Virus record (IMG/VR): IMGVR_UViG_3300030107_004423
Location: 1-64,000 of that record
From: a virus
DNA length: 64,000 nucleotides
Reading direction: 5' to 3' (one strand)
Part shown: positions 9,801-19,626 of the stretch, in pieces
Layout: every line of letters begins with the position of its first letter
Position numbering within the stretch: the first letter of the stretch is position 1
Program-made: the position numbers and the translations under genes
The notes under the pieces: generated by a model
Database searches by the model: none
Told to the model about the DNA's origin: nothing
Seen by the model: the letters and a program-made list of their open reading frames with translations, nothing else

Positions 9801-12800
9801 CAGGCCTATCATTTAGATCAGATCTAACTGTAATATCTAAATCTCCCATATCAGCAGTCATAACATCTAAAGAACCATCCTTAACTATACCACCAGCTAT
9901 AGAGCCATTATTTAGGTAGTATCCGATAAGATTATCTTCTAGCCTCCTTTGAGCCCAAGGTTCAATAACAAGGCCACCTCTAGTCAATATAGAGCTTATA
10001 GCGCTATTAACAACGGAAGGATCTCCTGTTTCTGCCTTAGCTCCTAATACTTTTTGAGCTAAACCAGTTCTATAATATGCATTGCTATACATATGAGATA
10101 CGCCTTGTCTATAATTTGCAAGTTTCTTTTCCACACCTATCCATTCAGATACTCCAGAATCATTAGACATATGCACTGCTGCATTTGCTCCAACCAAAGG
10201 ATCTTTTTGCTTAGATATAGTTCTTAAACTCATAGCATCAAGGGGAATTTCTGTTATTCTATTTGCATTTGTAATTCTACCAGCTTGACTTATATATTCA
10301 TGCCAAGGCTTATTAACATCAGTAGTGCCAGCAACTCCTGCATACCTATCTTCATATTGATCATTTTTACTACCTTTATAAGCATTTATTTTATTAGCAG
10401 ATTTAAATGTAAGAGCATCTATTCCTAAATCTGAAAGTATATCATCTAGTAATGGATTATATTTAAAGGCTGTTTTTGCAAACCATTCTTCAACCTTTCC
10501 ATAATCACTACTATTTGCATCTTCATAGGATACCTTAGAATGTGTTATTGTAGGCTTTATTGCTCCTGATTTAAAGCCTGTAACCTTTCCATTCATATCT
10601 GTCATAACCATATCAGGATGTAGACCTATCATAGCCATAGATGCTAAATAGAAATCTTTAGATACATACATTTCTCCATCTACTATTGATTTTGTAGTCT
10701 GCTCTATTCGTTCTATTTCTTTATCTCTATGAGTATCATCTATTAAGCCATCATTAAATTTCTTTTCTAATTGAGCTCTAGATCTATCTAATGAACTAAA
10801 TATATTTCCTATTATATTATCATTATTGTCTCTTAATACAGCCTCGTCATCTATAGAAAGAACTTTTAATTTTTTAAATTCTCCATTAGCTTGAGGCTCT
10901 AACCAATCTTTAACATCTTCATATACATTTTTAAATAAATCTGATTGAGATGTTCTATACATCATAGCTGTTTTTTCTCTATTGCTATCAGTTGGAACAT
11001 AACCATTTTTGGTTTCATTTAGCTTGTCTCTTTTAAATCTATCTTTAATATAGTCATGATCTAAATCTATAGCACCTTTGCCTACTACACGCTCTATAGC
11101 AGAAGGCATATTTAATATCATTCTTGCAAGCTTTATACCTTCTACTAAAGCATTGTCTCCAGAAACATCTCTTATTTGAGAAAGCTTATCATTTATAGCT
11201 CTATATTTATCTTGTGTAATATCTCCATCTAATATAGCTTCTAGAATTTTAAATAATCTACCATCAGCACTAAATTGAGCTTTAATATTTTCATGTAATG
11301 ATCCTGGATATTTATCTGTTCTAACTATTATAGATGTAGATTCATTCATAGGTATAGCTGTATATGTTTCATGCTGAGAAGGGGGATCATAATTTGTATC
11401 GTGTATTTTTGTATTATCTTGATATTTATACCAATCAGCTTTTCCTTGAGGATTAACAATTCTCATATTACCACTATCTAACGATGCATTAATATCATTT
11501 AATCCAAATCCGTTTATATTTCTTATAACATTTCCATCAGAATTTATAGCACTAGTTTCAGCTAAATAAATAAAGCTTTGATTAGGATCTAATGCTTTTA
11601 TAAGCCCTGTAAATCCTCTATTGTCAGTTTCTCCAACTACTTTATATCCTTGTATTAATCTAGGTCTCCCCTTAGTCAAATCTATTTTAAGAGTTTTTAT
11701 TGGCATCTTAGAAAAATAATTAGATGTTATGGCATAAACATCGCTATCTATCATATCTAAGCCAGGTTTATTTTCTGGTTTCAAATCATCTATAGCTATT
11801 TGCATTCTAAACTTCAAAGGATCAACTACAAATTTTTCAAAGTTTTTAACATCTAAAACAACTTCTCCTTGTTGATTTTCCAATGTTCTTATCATTTTTA
11901 ATACATTGGCTTTCAATCCAGGATTTTTAATATTATCAGGAGTAATTGCATATTCTCCTAATATTTCATTGACCAATGCTTTTAAGTCTTTAGCTTCTTT
12001 TTTGCCCATTCTATCTATAGCAAAAATTTCATCTAAACTCTTTGTTGGTATTTTATATTTAGATGCAAATTGAGCTGTAGTTATTTTCATTATTTTATCA
12101 TTTACATCTTTTTCGTGTATTTTATCAGCATACTTTGCTAATTCTTCTTTAACGAAGTCTTGAATATTGGATTCGTTTATAACTATTTTTTGTGCTTCAG
12201 ATTTTATATCTTCATTAACCCTAATAAGTTCTTCCATATAAGACATTCTATCTGAATTTCTAGGATTATAAGCTACTCTATTAAATATATCATTTATATC
12301 GCCATCTTTTCTGCTAATAGCTCTTAATAGATATGGATCATTCTGATCTAGAGCACTTTTAATAGTTTGCTTTAAATTTATAGTAACTTTTCGATCATCT
12401 AATAATTGCTGCAATTCTTTTTCGTATTTAGTTCTAGCTTTATCTGATATATTATCAACACCAAGTTCTATATTCTTAATTATGCCTATTTTTTGATCCA
12501 TATTAGATAGATATCCATCTAAATTCATAATCATAGATTTAGCTCTTGGTTGAGCCCAATCAGTCATAGCTACCTCTCCTGCAGCTAATGATTTTTGCAA
12601 AGAAGTTATCCAATCATCTGTAGTTGTTTCTACTAAATTATCCTTAAATTCTACTGGATGTTTTGATTTAGATATATTATCTACTAATTGCTTGTAGTGT
12701 TTATCTAAAGCATTGTACATAGATTCACTTATTTTATTACCTTTATATGCAGAAAGTAATTTCCTAGAAACACTGCCATAGTTAGGCATTACAGGCTTCA

Positions 12801-15759
12801 ACCCATCTTCTTGATAATTAAAGGTTATATCTTGCATTAATGTGACTAAGCTAGCCTTGGTATCTACCCCACCTGCTAAATCATCCATTCCAAGCCTTCT
12901 TAATGACTTTTGAATTATATAATTATTAAATTCATCATGCATCTTCTTATCTGAAAATAAATCACCTGTAACTGATTTTACTTTCTCCACCAATGCTTGA
13001 GCTTTATCCATCTGAATAACTCTAGGATTTTTTGTATTCAAGTCAGGATATAAAGATTTCATTGAAGAGTTTAATCTTTTAATAAATAAAGCTATCTCTC
13101 CATAATTTTCAGCATCTCCTTCAGGTTTTAATACTTGTACTTCACCTTTAGTTAATATATTTGCATTTATAGCATTTAAAATATCTCTTGCATCGTTTTG
13201 AGGAGCTCCATGTTCTTTTCCACCAGTTAATAATTCATATGCATTTCTTCTTTGTTTATGCCTTAATACTCTATTATATGGTATAGCCCATGAATCACTT
13301 ACAAGTATAAATGGATCAAGCTCTTGATTTTTTTGCCAATTCTCTCCCCAACTATGACTCATCAATCTTTCTGACGCACCTTTCCATGAATCGTGAGCAA
13401 TAGCTATATTTTCTTGAGATAACATAGCTTTATCTACAGATATAGGATCTCCTGGTTGAATCCAATTATTTTTAAGTCCTTGTCCATATATAACTGATAT
13501 AGCTTCATCTACAACTCTATCTCCAAAATCAACAGAAGACAAATCAGGCATTCTTATTACGCCATTTTCATCGTTATAAGCTATGTCTAGCTTTTCCATT
13601 ACATCTATTAAAAAATCTCTTTGTATTTGTTGAGGAATGTTTATAGCTTGAGATAATCTTTTATCCATCCATTCTTCTAATTGATATGATAAATTGTTAG
13701 CTGTTAACTTAGTCCCATCAAACTTTATAGAAGATATTTTAGTTACTACTTCCATAGCTTGGTCAGGAGTTAAATTATTTATATTTATTCCTTCAGCACC
13801 ATTAGCATCATATTCTTTTAATATTTTCTCTGCAATTAGTAATTTCTCATAAAATGGTAAAGTTTCATCATAGCTTAATTTGCCATCCTTCACCAAGTCA
13901 GCCATTGCTTTATTGAACGATGTATTTAAATCAGCCCCTGCTACACCACCATCATCTGGGAATTTAGACATAATTTCTTTTATTTCTGAAAACTCTTTAC
14001 TGCCATCTAAGGTTGTTTTTATTACATTTTTACCTTCAGCATAATTATCTAGCTTAGAATTTCCATAAGCATTTACTATTTCATTCAAACCAATAGGATC
14101 ATCTATTCCAAATGTCTTAAGACTTCCTACTATTTCTTTTAATTGTTGAGATTTAAATTTACTATATCTTTCTATATTACCTGTTTCAAATAATTTGTTA
14201 AAGTATTTCCCATCCATTTTAGCATGAAAACTATGAGGCTTTCTGGTAAAGAACATTGCTGTCCATATATTGGCTACTTGTTCTTCCCTTGTAGCTCCTA
14301 ATGCTTCTGAGGCATTGTCCATAGACCATCCTTTTTGATTAAAAGACATGGCCATTCTAGGAGCATTCATAGCTACTACACCAGCAGACATTCTAGGTAA
14401 AGATGCAATCATATCAGTAGTAAATTCTCTAGCCCAATATGCAGGAGCTTTTAATACAAATTCTGATCTAGCAGCACTTAACATTTCTCTCATTGCTTTT
14501 GTGCTTTCTTCATCAGTCGCATCTACCCACCATTGTTTACCACCTCCTCCAGCAGCATTCTTTGTAAATTTCTTACCCAAATTAGTACTTAGATATTTTC
14601 CTGATATTTCATCCATAGCAGTTAATTGATATCTTAATTCTTTATTTGTGTAATCCTTTATAGGCTTCCAATATGATTTGAATGAATTTCTAACCAAGCT
14701 GCCAAGCCTACCTAAATGACTAGCTTGAGTACCACCTTTTAAGAATGATATAGGACCCATTGCAGAGTAATACATACTTTCTGTTATAGCTTCATTATAC
14801 CATGCATTAAAAGATTTTCCTGCATCTATATCGTAATCACCAGTATAATAAGGTTGCTGATTTTCATTAAAATCTACTCCAAACATTTTAGTTTGAGCCA
14901 TTTTAGATGCAGCTCTAACTGAAGCCATTCCAAATCCAATAGCCGCATCATATGCCGCTGCTCCTAATATAGCACCTGTTTTAGGTCCTGCTCCTGGGAT
15001 TTTCCTTCCAAGCATCTGTAATATAGCAAATGCATCATCAGGATTATTCTTCATTACTATATCTACAGTCTCTTTAGCAATACCCTCTACTAATTCTTCA
15101 TCTCCAAGTTTTAATATATCTGTTATATTTTCTTTTATACCCTCTTTAAATACATCTTTATATACTTCTCTAGAAACATTACCTTCTATAGCATTTATTA
15201 CATTAGAATCAGATTGAACATCATAAGCATCATCTATTATTTTTCTAGTTTTATTCTTTGTAAGGGTTTCGGTTAAATTTATACCTTTCTTTGAAGGCAT
15301 TTTAGATGCAATACCTATTAAATCTTCAACAGAAGTTGCCTTTGCTAGCCCAGGAACATTCATAAGTAATTTACTTCCACCTCTTATTCCTGCACTAACT
15401 GTTTTAGCAGCTAATGTTAATGGACTTAACATACCTGCAACTTGACCTACGGTTGCACCAGCTCTAGCGGCTCCTGTCATTTCTTCGTATTCAACTCCAG
15501 GAGATAATCCTAAAGAAAACATATCCTCCATAGTTGTTACATCTTCACCTTTATATATTTCTTCTTTTGCAACGTCAGATGCTCCAGGTATACCAAGTAA
15601 AGCTTCATCAGCAGCCTTCCAAAGCGCTTGTCCTAAGAAGTCATATACTGCACTGCCTGTAGTAGTTCTTTTTATTTCAGGAGCAATCTCTTCTCTATTT
15701 AATCTTTCTTGTATTACTTCCCAAGTTATATCATCTCTACTTTTATCTTGACTGCTCAT
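6817..15759 (-). CDS. Giant virion protein (2980 aa) with a putative double-psi-beta-barrel RNA polymerase (crAss-like virion RNAP)
   Basis: VDGEMY, AIKPTIT, FAKTAF and GIDALTFKSANK (beta-like barrel lysines), then NSRQP...QDADFDFD (DxDxD at 9202..9222); lies in the ejection cluster. Confidence 0.75.
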   Translation of the reverse strand: MSSQDKSRDDITWEVIQERLNREEIAPEIKRTTTGSAVYDFLGQALWKAADEALLGIPGASDVAKEEIYKGEDVTTMEDMFSLGLSPGVEYEEMTGAARAGATVGQVAGMLSPLTLAAKTVSAGIRGGSKLLMNVPGLAKATSVEDLIGIASKMPSKKGINLTETLTKNKTRKIIDDAYDVQSDSNVINAIEGNVSREVYKDVFKEGIKENITDILKLGDEELVEGIAKETVDIVMKNNPDDAFAILQMLGRKIPGAGPKTGAILGAAAYDAAIGFGMASVRAASKMAQTKMFGVDFNENQQPYYTGDYDIDAGKSFNAWYNEAITESMYYSAMGPISFLKGGTQASHLGRLGSLVRNSFKSYWKPIKDYTNKELRYQLTAMDEISGKYLSTNLGKKFTKNAAGGGGKQWWVDATDEESTKAMREMLSAARSEFVLKAPAYWAREFTTDMIASLPRMSAGVVAMNAPRMAMSFNQKGWSMDNASEALGATREEQVANIWTAMFFTRKPHSFHAKMDGKYFNKLFETGNIERYSKFKSQQLKEIVGSLKTFGIDDPIGLNEIVNAYGNSKLDNYAEGKNVIKTTLDGSKEFSEIKEIMSKFPDDGGVAGADLNTSFNKAMADLVKDGKLSYDETLPFYEKLLIAEKILKEYDANGAEGININNLTPDQAMEVVTKISSIKFDGTKLTANNLSYQLEEWMDKRLSQAINIPQQIQRDFLIDVMEKLDIAYNDENGVIRMPDLSSVDFGDRVVDEAISVIYGQGLKNNWIQPGDPISVDKAMLSQENIAIAHDSWKGASERLMSHSWGENWQKNQELDPFILVSDSWAIPYNRVLRHKQRRNAYELLTGGKEHGAPQNDARDILNAINANILTKGEVQVLKPEGDAENYGEIALFIKRLNSSMKSLYPDLNTKNPRVIQMDKAQALVEKVKSVTGDLFSDKKMHDEFNNYIIQKSLRRLGMDDLAGGVDTKASLVTLMQDITFNYQEDGLKPVMPNYGSVSRKLLSAYKGNKISESMYNALDKHYKQLVDNISKSKHPVEFKDNLVETTTDDWITSLQKSLAAGEVAMTDWAQPRAKSMIMNLDGYLSNMDQKIGIIKNIELGVDNISDKARTKYEKELQQLLDDRKVTINLKQTIKSALDQNDPYLLRAISRKDGDINDIFNRVAYNPRNSDRMSYMEELIRVNEDIKSEAQKIVINESNIQDFVKEELAKYADKIHEKDVNDKIMKITTAQFASKYKIPTKSLDEIFAIDRMGKKEAKDLKALVNEILGEYAITPDNIKNPGLKANVLKMIRTLENQQGEVVLDVKNFEKFVVDPLKFRMQIAIDDLKPENKPGLDMIDSDVYAITSNYFSKMPIKTLKIDLTKGRPRLIQGYKVVGETDNRGFTGLIKALDPNQSFIYLAETSAINSDGNVIRNINGFGLNDINASLDSGNMRIVNPQGKADWYKYQDNTKIHDTNYDPPSQHETYTAIPMNESTSIIVRTDKYPGSLHENIKAQFSADGRLFKILEAILDGDITQDKYRAINDKLSQIRDVSGDNALVEGIKLARMILNMPSAIERVVGKGAIDLDHDYIKDRFKRDKLNETKNGYVPTDSNREKTAMMYRTSQSDLFKNVYEDVKDWLEPQANGEFKKLKVLSIDDEAVLRDNNDNIIGNIFSSLDRSRAQLEKKFNDGLIDDTHRDKEIERIEQTTKSIVDGEMYVSKDFYLASMAMIGLHPDMVMTDMNGKVTGFKSGAIKPTITHSKVSYEDANSSDYGKVEEWFAKTAFKYNPLLDDILSDLGIDALTFKSANKINAYKGSKNDQYEDRYAGVAGTTDVNKPWHEYISQAGRITNANRITEIPLDAMSLRTISKQKDPLVGANAAVHMSNDSGVSEWIGVEKKLANYRQGVSHMYSNAYYRTGLAQKVLGAKAETGDPSVVNSAISSILTRGGLVIEPWAQRRLEDNLIGYYLNNGSIAGGIVKDGSLDVMTADMGDLDITVRSDLNDRPVVQFFGEFLPSYYASQKKFIHSTKPELNGVHNVIIQRVEYEPASEFIVGKRVADGFLVNIKGERFLQVEGRYINSKGEYIDIDDGRILAKSESLKNTYNKAVSKEDAVYNLKTGDDYLIDNHTTINDANLVIKNYDKDMAIGMLNSRQPRNMMGDIVISKMAVTGEGNDMRSYVDREAGNVSRMNHSDAITPQDADFDFDKSFNYVAAPGKFWREANKLSGHITGSQTNPSSVLNKIFDPNVGIGEFAKTLPNLFEGEYTNDMILNEVNMARGQFIKMHQTATYLANMFRENPVILTQETKMFKAAKTNIQIRFNSKYNYVATVDNISNLAKMFIDVYKRLPSKANVKQIREIQNQVWFGKDGLFQVGYEDTPGMFTLLDKVDMMDSRFQPAINAIRARIIDPLNKYLKYNQGVETDATGVDRSAKLSSYNNAFVNLYRMTLDPSKNWGIPPSINMEPSLIAARNYFNNSKNSYDIAMQELHRTYEDLNTLKGQGAYGKGFSIQDQIIDFIDNGYAAVQGKTDAEKHNRLFNAALREYVGDEARFLKVLELKKQERDLKFEIDKSKKFEKSVEESENLKSMRARLSNIEELRIGMEESISYMMGEDPIKPNIPILQKRAEKSGAFKNNSKKPFVVIGADGKIKEVIRPGKYNIQNISFKDKVIQNGRRFEATNGEEQKGLRTLFEAFAGLPTIREGTGDEAMIKTLSSYELNNGIKGEYKSIQKELIELGNAKEVGRYGIEDFVIQRRALLYDRLFNDPEMTDIKRKALIMRMLIPNISNKIVSMRSVNDGNQKKAVYDYVFYENGLSEPVLGLLSSLSTGEYRPDGGYNDYAKDVLDDINYLKTAHYTKVQNPNIDAQILTSRMYTEPASIDGHMTKETYLTQDVFDIREAGNDMQKNAARVMIEYATTDKLIDPVILYKAQKALEPVLPVDRQWGTAEYATTEDGNVRQYGVKKLFVSERDALRRQDLGDRGGVQENTQQRVRNLIDCYRSK

Positions 15760-16556
15760 TTAGCCCCTTCTTCTAAATATTTAACTAATTGTTCATGCGT
15801 TAAAAGGTTGTTTTTTAATACTTTCCCTACGCCAGATTCTTTATGCAATATAGTACCAAGTTCTGCTTGTTTGTTAATTAGAGCATTATACTCTTCTTTG
15901 GCTTCTATTTCAGGTGCATATTCATAGCTCGTTGAATCTCTTGAATCATAAGCCTTTCTTAATAATTCCTTTGTTTCTTTTATACCTTCATTTGCAAATC
16001 CAAATTCTTGGTTTTCTGGATCCCAATACCAATCTCTATTTTCTATATTTTCAAGACCTTTTAAAGCAAATATATCTGTCAACCCAAGAATTGCTTGTGC
16101 TGGAGCTCCTGGGATAATATTAAAAAGTGAATATTTACTTCTTTCATCAAACTCTTTTCTTTGTTGTGTTATAGCATCAGTTAAATTGGCTATTTTTAAA
16201 GAATCTAATGATTTTTGCTGTTGATACTCATCCATATTTAAAGCTAAAGTTTCATCATTAAACCTTGATAATGCTTTTTCATTTTCAGAAAATTGCCTTA
16301 GTGTTTCTAATAATTTAGCATCTGTATGTTTAGTGGATACACTGAAAGCTTTTGATTCTGGATTTCCATATTCTATAGCAACAGTTTCTAATAAATGCTG
16401 ATTTATAATTTCTTTAGATCCTGGCACCATATCAATATATTCTTTTACAGGCATCTTGCTTTTAGCACCCAAAGTACCTGATTCTAAAAATTCAATCTTC
16501 TTGTCATAAGATGAAATATTTTGAAATCTTTTTAATAAAGCTGTTATATTATCCAT
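15756..16556 (-). CDS. Putative internal virion protein
   Basis: Coupled ORF in the ejection cluster. Confidence 0.5.
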   Translation of the reverse strand: MDNITALLKRFQNISSYDKKIEFLESGTLGAKSKMPVKEYIDMVPGSKEIINQHLLETVAIEYGNPESKAFSVSTKHTDAKLLETLRQFSENEKALSRFNDETLALNMDEYQQQKSLDSLKIANLTDAITQQRKEFDERSKYSLFNIIPGAPAQAILGLTDIFALKGLENIENRDWYWDPENQEFGFANEGIKETKELLRKAYDSRDSTSYEYAPEIEAKEEYNALINKQAELGTILHKESGVGKVLKNNLLTHEQLVKYLEEGAK

Positions 16557-17770
16557 TATTCAGCTCCTAAATTTCCAATTATTCTATCAAATTCATCTTC
16601 TTGTATTGTATCATCAACTTGGCCTTCATCTAAAATTCCTTCATTTCTAAAGTCATATAATAATGATTGTGTATATAATACATTTTCTGCTTCTGCAAAG
16701 TTTTTAAATAAGCCATTGAATCCAAAGATCCTTTGAGCTACTTGCTGTATTTCATCTTTGTTATCAGCCTTACTGTAATGTTCGTATGCTTTTTGTACTC
16801 CCTCATGATAAGCTGTAAAATCTCCTGGAGTATATTTGCCTTCCATTTTAGATCCTGCTGCCAATTTAAACATCATATCATATTCATCATATAGAGAATC
16901 GCTAATAGGCACTCCATATAATACTGATAAGTCTTGCATAATATCTGCTTTAAGCGTTGCAGATTGCATTAATGGTTCATTTTGATTAGCAGGAAGATCA
17001 TCATACTTTTCATCATTAGCAGCAAAATTATATGCATCAACCATTGATTTACCACTAGTTGTTTTGGCACTTGAAATTCTTTGTTTGTACCAATCACGTG
17101 ATTTGTCTGGTCCAGATCCTTCAGTTTTTCCTTTATAGTAATTATATTTTTGCTCACTTATTTTTTGTTTATAGTCTGTAGATTGCAAAGTAGATAAAGC
17201 TGTTTGGATAGATCCTGGATTAGCTTGGAAATATTCTTCTACCTGTGGAGTTACAGCATCTTCTCCATAAAATGCTTTAAAAGCATCGATATTAATATCT
17301 TGAACATCCCATCCAGTAAGATCAGAACCTCCTGTAGGCCCAGCTCCACCTGCCATTATATTCTTAGCTTTTCTTACATCATCAACTAATACACCACTCA
17401 TAATATCAGTTTTAGTAGCAAAATTCATAGCTTGATCGCTATAATAGTCAGCCCTAGCTGCATAATCATCTGCTTTAACTGTACTAATATCATCTAATAC
17501 TTTTAATGATTTATTTGTTTTAAACATATCATTTAATTTTTCAAGACTTAATCCAGTCTCTAGATATTTTTGTCTAGTCTCATTATAAAGTCTTTCATTT
17601 CTTATTGATTCTGTTTTTGCATCTTGATATAAAGATAGGTTAGCTTGATACTCTCTTTCATCTTCTCTTATCTGCTTGTTATGTTCTAATTGAGCCATTG
17701 CAATGCTATATTGTTGCATTAGCTTAGGAAGATCATCTATCAGTTCTTTTAAATCACTTTTATAGCCCAT
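16556..17770 (-). CDS. Putative internal virion/ejection protein
   Basis: N-terminal coiled coil; gene position. Confidence 0.55.
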   Translation of the reverse strand: MGYKSDLKELIDDLPKLMQQYSIAMAQLEHNKQIREDEREYQANLSLYQDAKTESIRNERLYNETRQKYLETGLSLEKLNDMFKTNKSLKVLDDISTVKADDYAARADYYSDQAMNFATKTDIMSGVLVDDVRKAKNIMAGGAGPTGGSDLTGWDVQDINIDAFKAFYGEDAVTPQVEEYFQANPGSIQTALSTLQSTDYKQKISEQKYNYYKGKTEGSGPDKSRDWYKQRISSAKTTSGKSMVDAYNFAANDEKYDDLPANQNEPLMQSATLKADIMQDLSVLYGVPISDSLYDEYDMMFKLAAGSKMEGKYTPGDFTAYHEGVQKAYEHYSKADNKDEIQQVAQRIFGFNGLFKNFAEAENVLYTQSLLYDFRNEGILDEGQVDDTIQEDEFDRIIGNLGAE

Positions 17771-17782
17771 ATTAATGTATCC

Positions 17783-18955
17783 TTAATCTTTCATATTTCT
17801 TTTGAAGTTTTTATATGCTTTGTCCGTTCCATCTATTTTAGTAATAATATTTCTATATTCATCTAATATGAATCTAGGATTAGATTTAAATTTAGCAGCT
17901 AATTTCATACATTTACTATAATTTAATGCAAATCCAATAACACTTGTATATTCTACAAAGAACTTTGTTATTCTATGAGACTTTTTTCCTTTAATAACAT
18001 TTATCCATTTATCTAAAATAAATCGCTTTATTAATTTTGCAAATCGCTTATTTTTCAACATAAGATTTGCCACAGGTTTCCAAGTCATTTGATAGCCTAA
18101 CCATTTAACATTACCTAAAAATTCCTTGTGTTGTGTTTTTAATCTCCAAGATACAAATTGCATCATTTGACTAGAGCTAATTAATCCTTGTTTATATGCT
18201 GCAGTGGAAAGAACGCAAGTTCCACCACCACCACCGCCACCATCATCAGCAGATTCGCTTTCTAATGCTGTTCTAATATCTGTATAAAATTTATCTAATT
18301 GAGTATCTTTTTCACCAGCAATAAAATCTTCTAATGTAATTCTTGCTGTATCCGCCCTAGTTTCTAATCCTGGCCCTATATCTCTTTCTTTACCAGCAAT
18401 ATTAATAGCACTAGTTTTCATTTTTTCGCCATAATCCCCTAACAAACTATCTTTTGCTTGATCTAGATATTCTAATACTCCCCCTGTTTTCGCCATACCA
18501 CTTTCAGTATATACTGTATCTAAAGTCGATCTGTAATTTTTCCATTCTGTACCAAAGTCAGTTTGTGTGCCTTCTCTTTGAAATAATAATTTATTTAAAT
18601 CTCCAACATAAGTTTGTCTATCTAATTCAATTCCTTCTAATTGCTCTCCATATAAATCTTCTTTAGCTGCCCACATAGTAGGATCTAATGGTTTTATAGG
18701 ATGGTCACCTTCTATACCCCATGATTTAAGAAATTCATCTAAAGTACCTTCTTCCTGTCTTTTATATATTGCTTCCCAATTTTCATATGGCATATTTGCA
18801 TCCATAGTTCCAGTTTCTATATAGCCTGATATAGCATCTATATATTGTTGCATATTTGCACCAGTAAGCGGATTTGGTAAATTTGAACCTCCTCCCCAAT
18901 TAGGGTCAGTATAATCTCCACCACCTCCAGGATCTATATCGTAATTCATATTCAT
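17783..18955 (-). CDS. Putative ejection protein with a C-terminal CFI-box-CTERM-like domain
   Basis: GGGGGGGTCVLSTAAY followed by a basic helical tail; ggagg SD. Confidence 0.6.
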   Translation of the reverse strand: MNMNYDIDPGGGGDYTDPNWGGGSNLPNPLTGANMQQYIDAISGYIETGTMDANMPYENWEAIYKRQEEGTLDEFLKSWGIEGDHPIKPLDPTMWAAKEDLYGEQLEGIELDRQTYVGDLNKLLFQREGTQTDFGTEWKNYRSTLDTVYTESGMAKTGGVLEYLDQAKDSLLGDYGEKMKTSAINIAGKERDIGPGLETRADTARITLEDFIAGEKDTQLDKFYTDIRTALESESADDGGGGGGGTCVLSTAAYKQGLISSSQMMQFVSWRLKTQHKEFLGNVKWLGYQMTWKPVANLMLKNKRFAKLIKRFILDKWINVIKGKKSHRITKFFVEYTSVIGFALNYSKCMKLAAKFKSNPRFILDEYRNIITKIDGTDKAYKNFKRNMKD

Positions 18956-18966
18956 TTTAGGCCTCC

Positions 18967-19614
18967 TTAATATATATCTTTTTTAAATTTTATTAAATCT
19001 TTTGTTGATTCGTTCCCTCTAACAGGCAGCATTCCGCTAAATTTAATATTTTCATTAGCTCCTGATATTCTATCTGCTACATTCATTGCAGTATCAGTAG
19101 TTAAAGGTAATCTATCTACATCTATATTTCCACCCTTACCAAATATAGACATCAAATCTTCTTTTATATTTGACACCTTCTTAAGTTCTAGAGGGCCTGG
19201 TGCTTCACCTGTTAACTCGCTCATATATTTAGAAGTCATCCCTTTTCCAACTCCTTTTATACTAGAGCCTATTAAGCTTTCTGTACTCAAAGGATCTAAA
19301 GAGCTTTCATAAGTAGATTGCAAATCTTGTCTAAATCTAGGGTCTTTAGGCATATCACCAGCAAATAGATTTCCTATTGATTTTCCAAGAACATCACCAC
19401 CAGCTTGTTTAACTCCTTGAGCAATAAAACCTCCACCAGGAATAAGATAATTTAAAGCTAGTGTAGTAAATAAACTCCCTGCAGATTGGAATAATCCTGC
19501 ATTCTCTATATAATCTTGTAGCTTTTGAAAATAATCTATTTTATCTGAAGTATGTTTTGTTTTCTTAGCATAATATTGACCGCTAGACTTTCTTTCATAT
19601 TTATTCCCTGCCAT
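18967..19614 (-). CDS. Putative small ejection protein
   Basis: Gly/Ala-rich hydrophobic segment; follows the nozzle gene as in P22/T7-like gene order. Confidence 0.5.
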   Translation of the reverse strand: MAGNKYERKSSGQYYAKKTKHTSDKIDYFQKLQDYIENAGLFQSAGSLFTTLALNYLIPGGGFIAQGVKQAGGDVLGKSIGNLFAGDMPKDPRFRQDLQSTYESSLDPLSTESLIGSSIKGVGKGMTSKYMSELTGEAPGPLELKKVSNIKEDLMSIFGKGGNIDVDRLPLTTDTAMNVADRISGANENIKFSGMLPVRGNESTKDLIKFKKDIY

Positions 19615-19626
19615 TGTAACCTCTCT

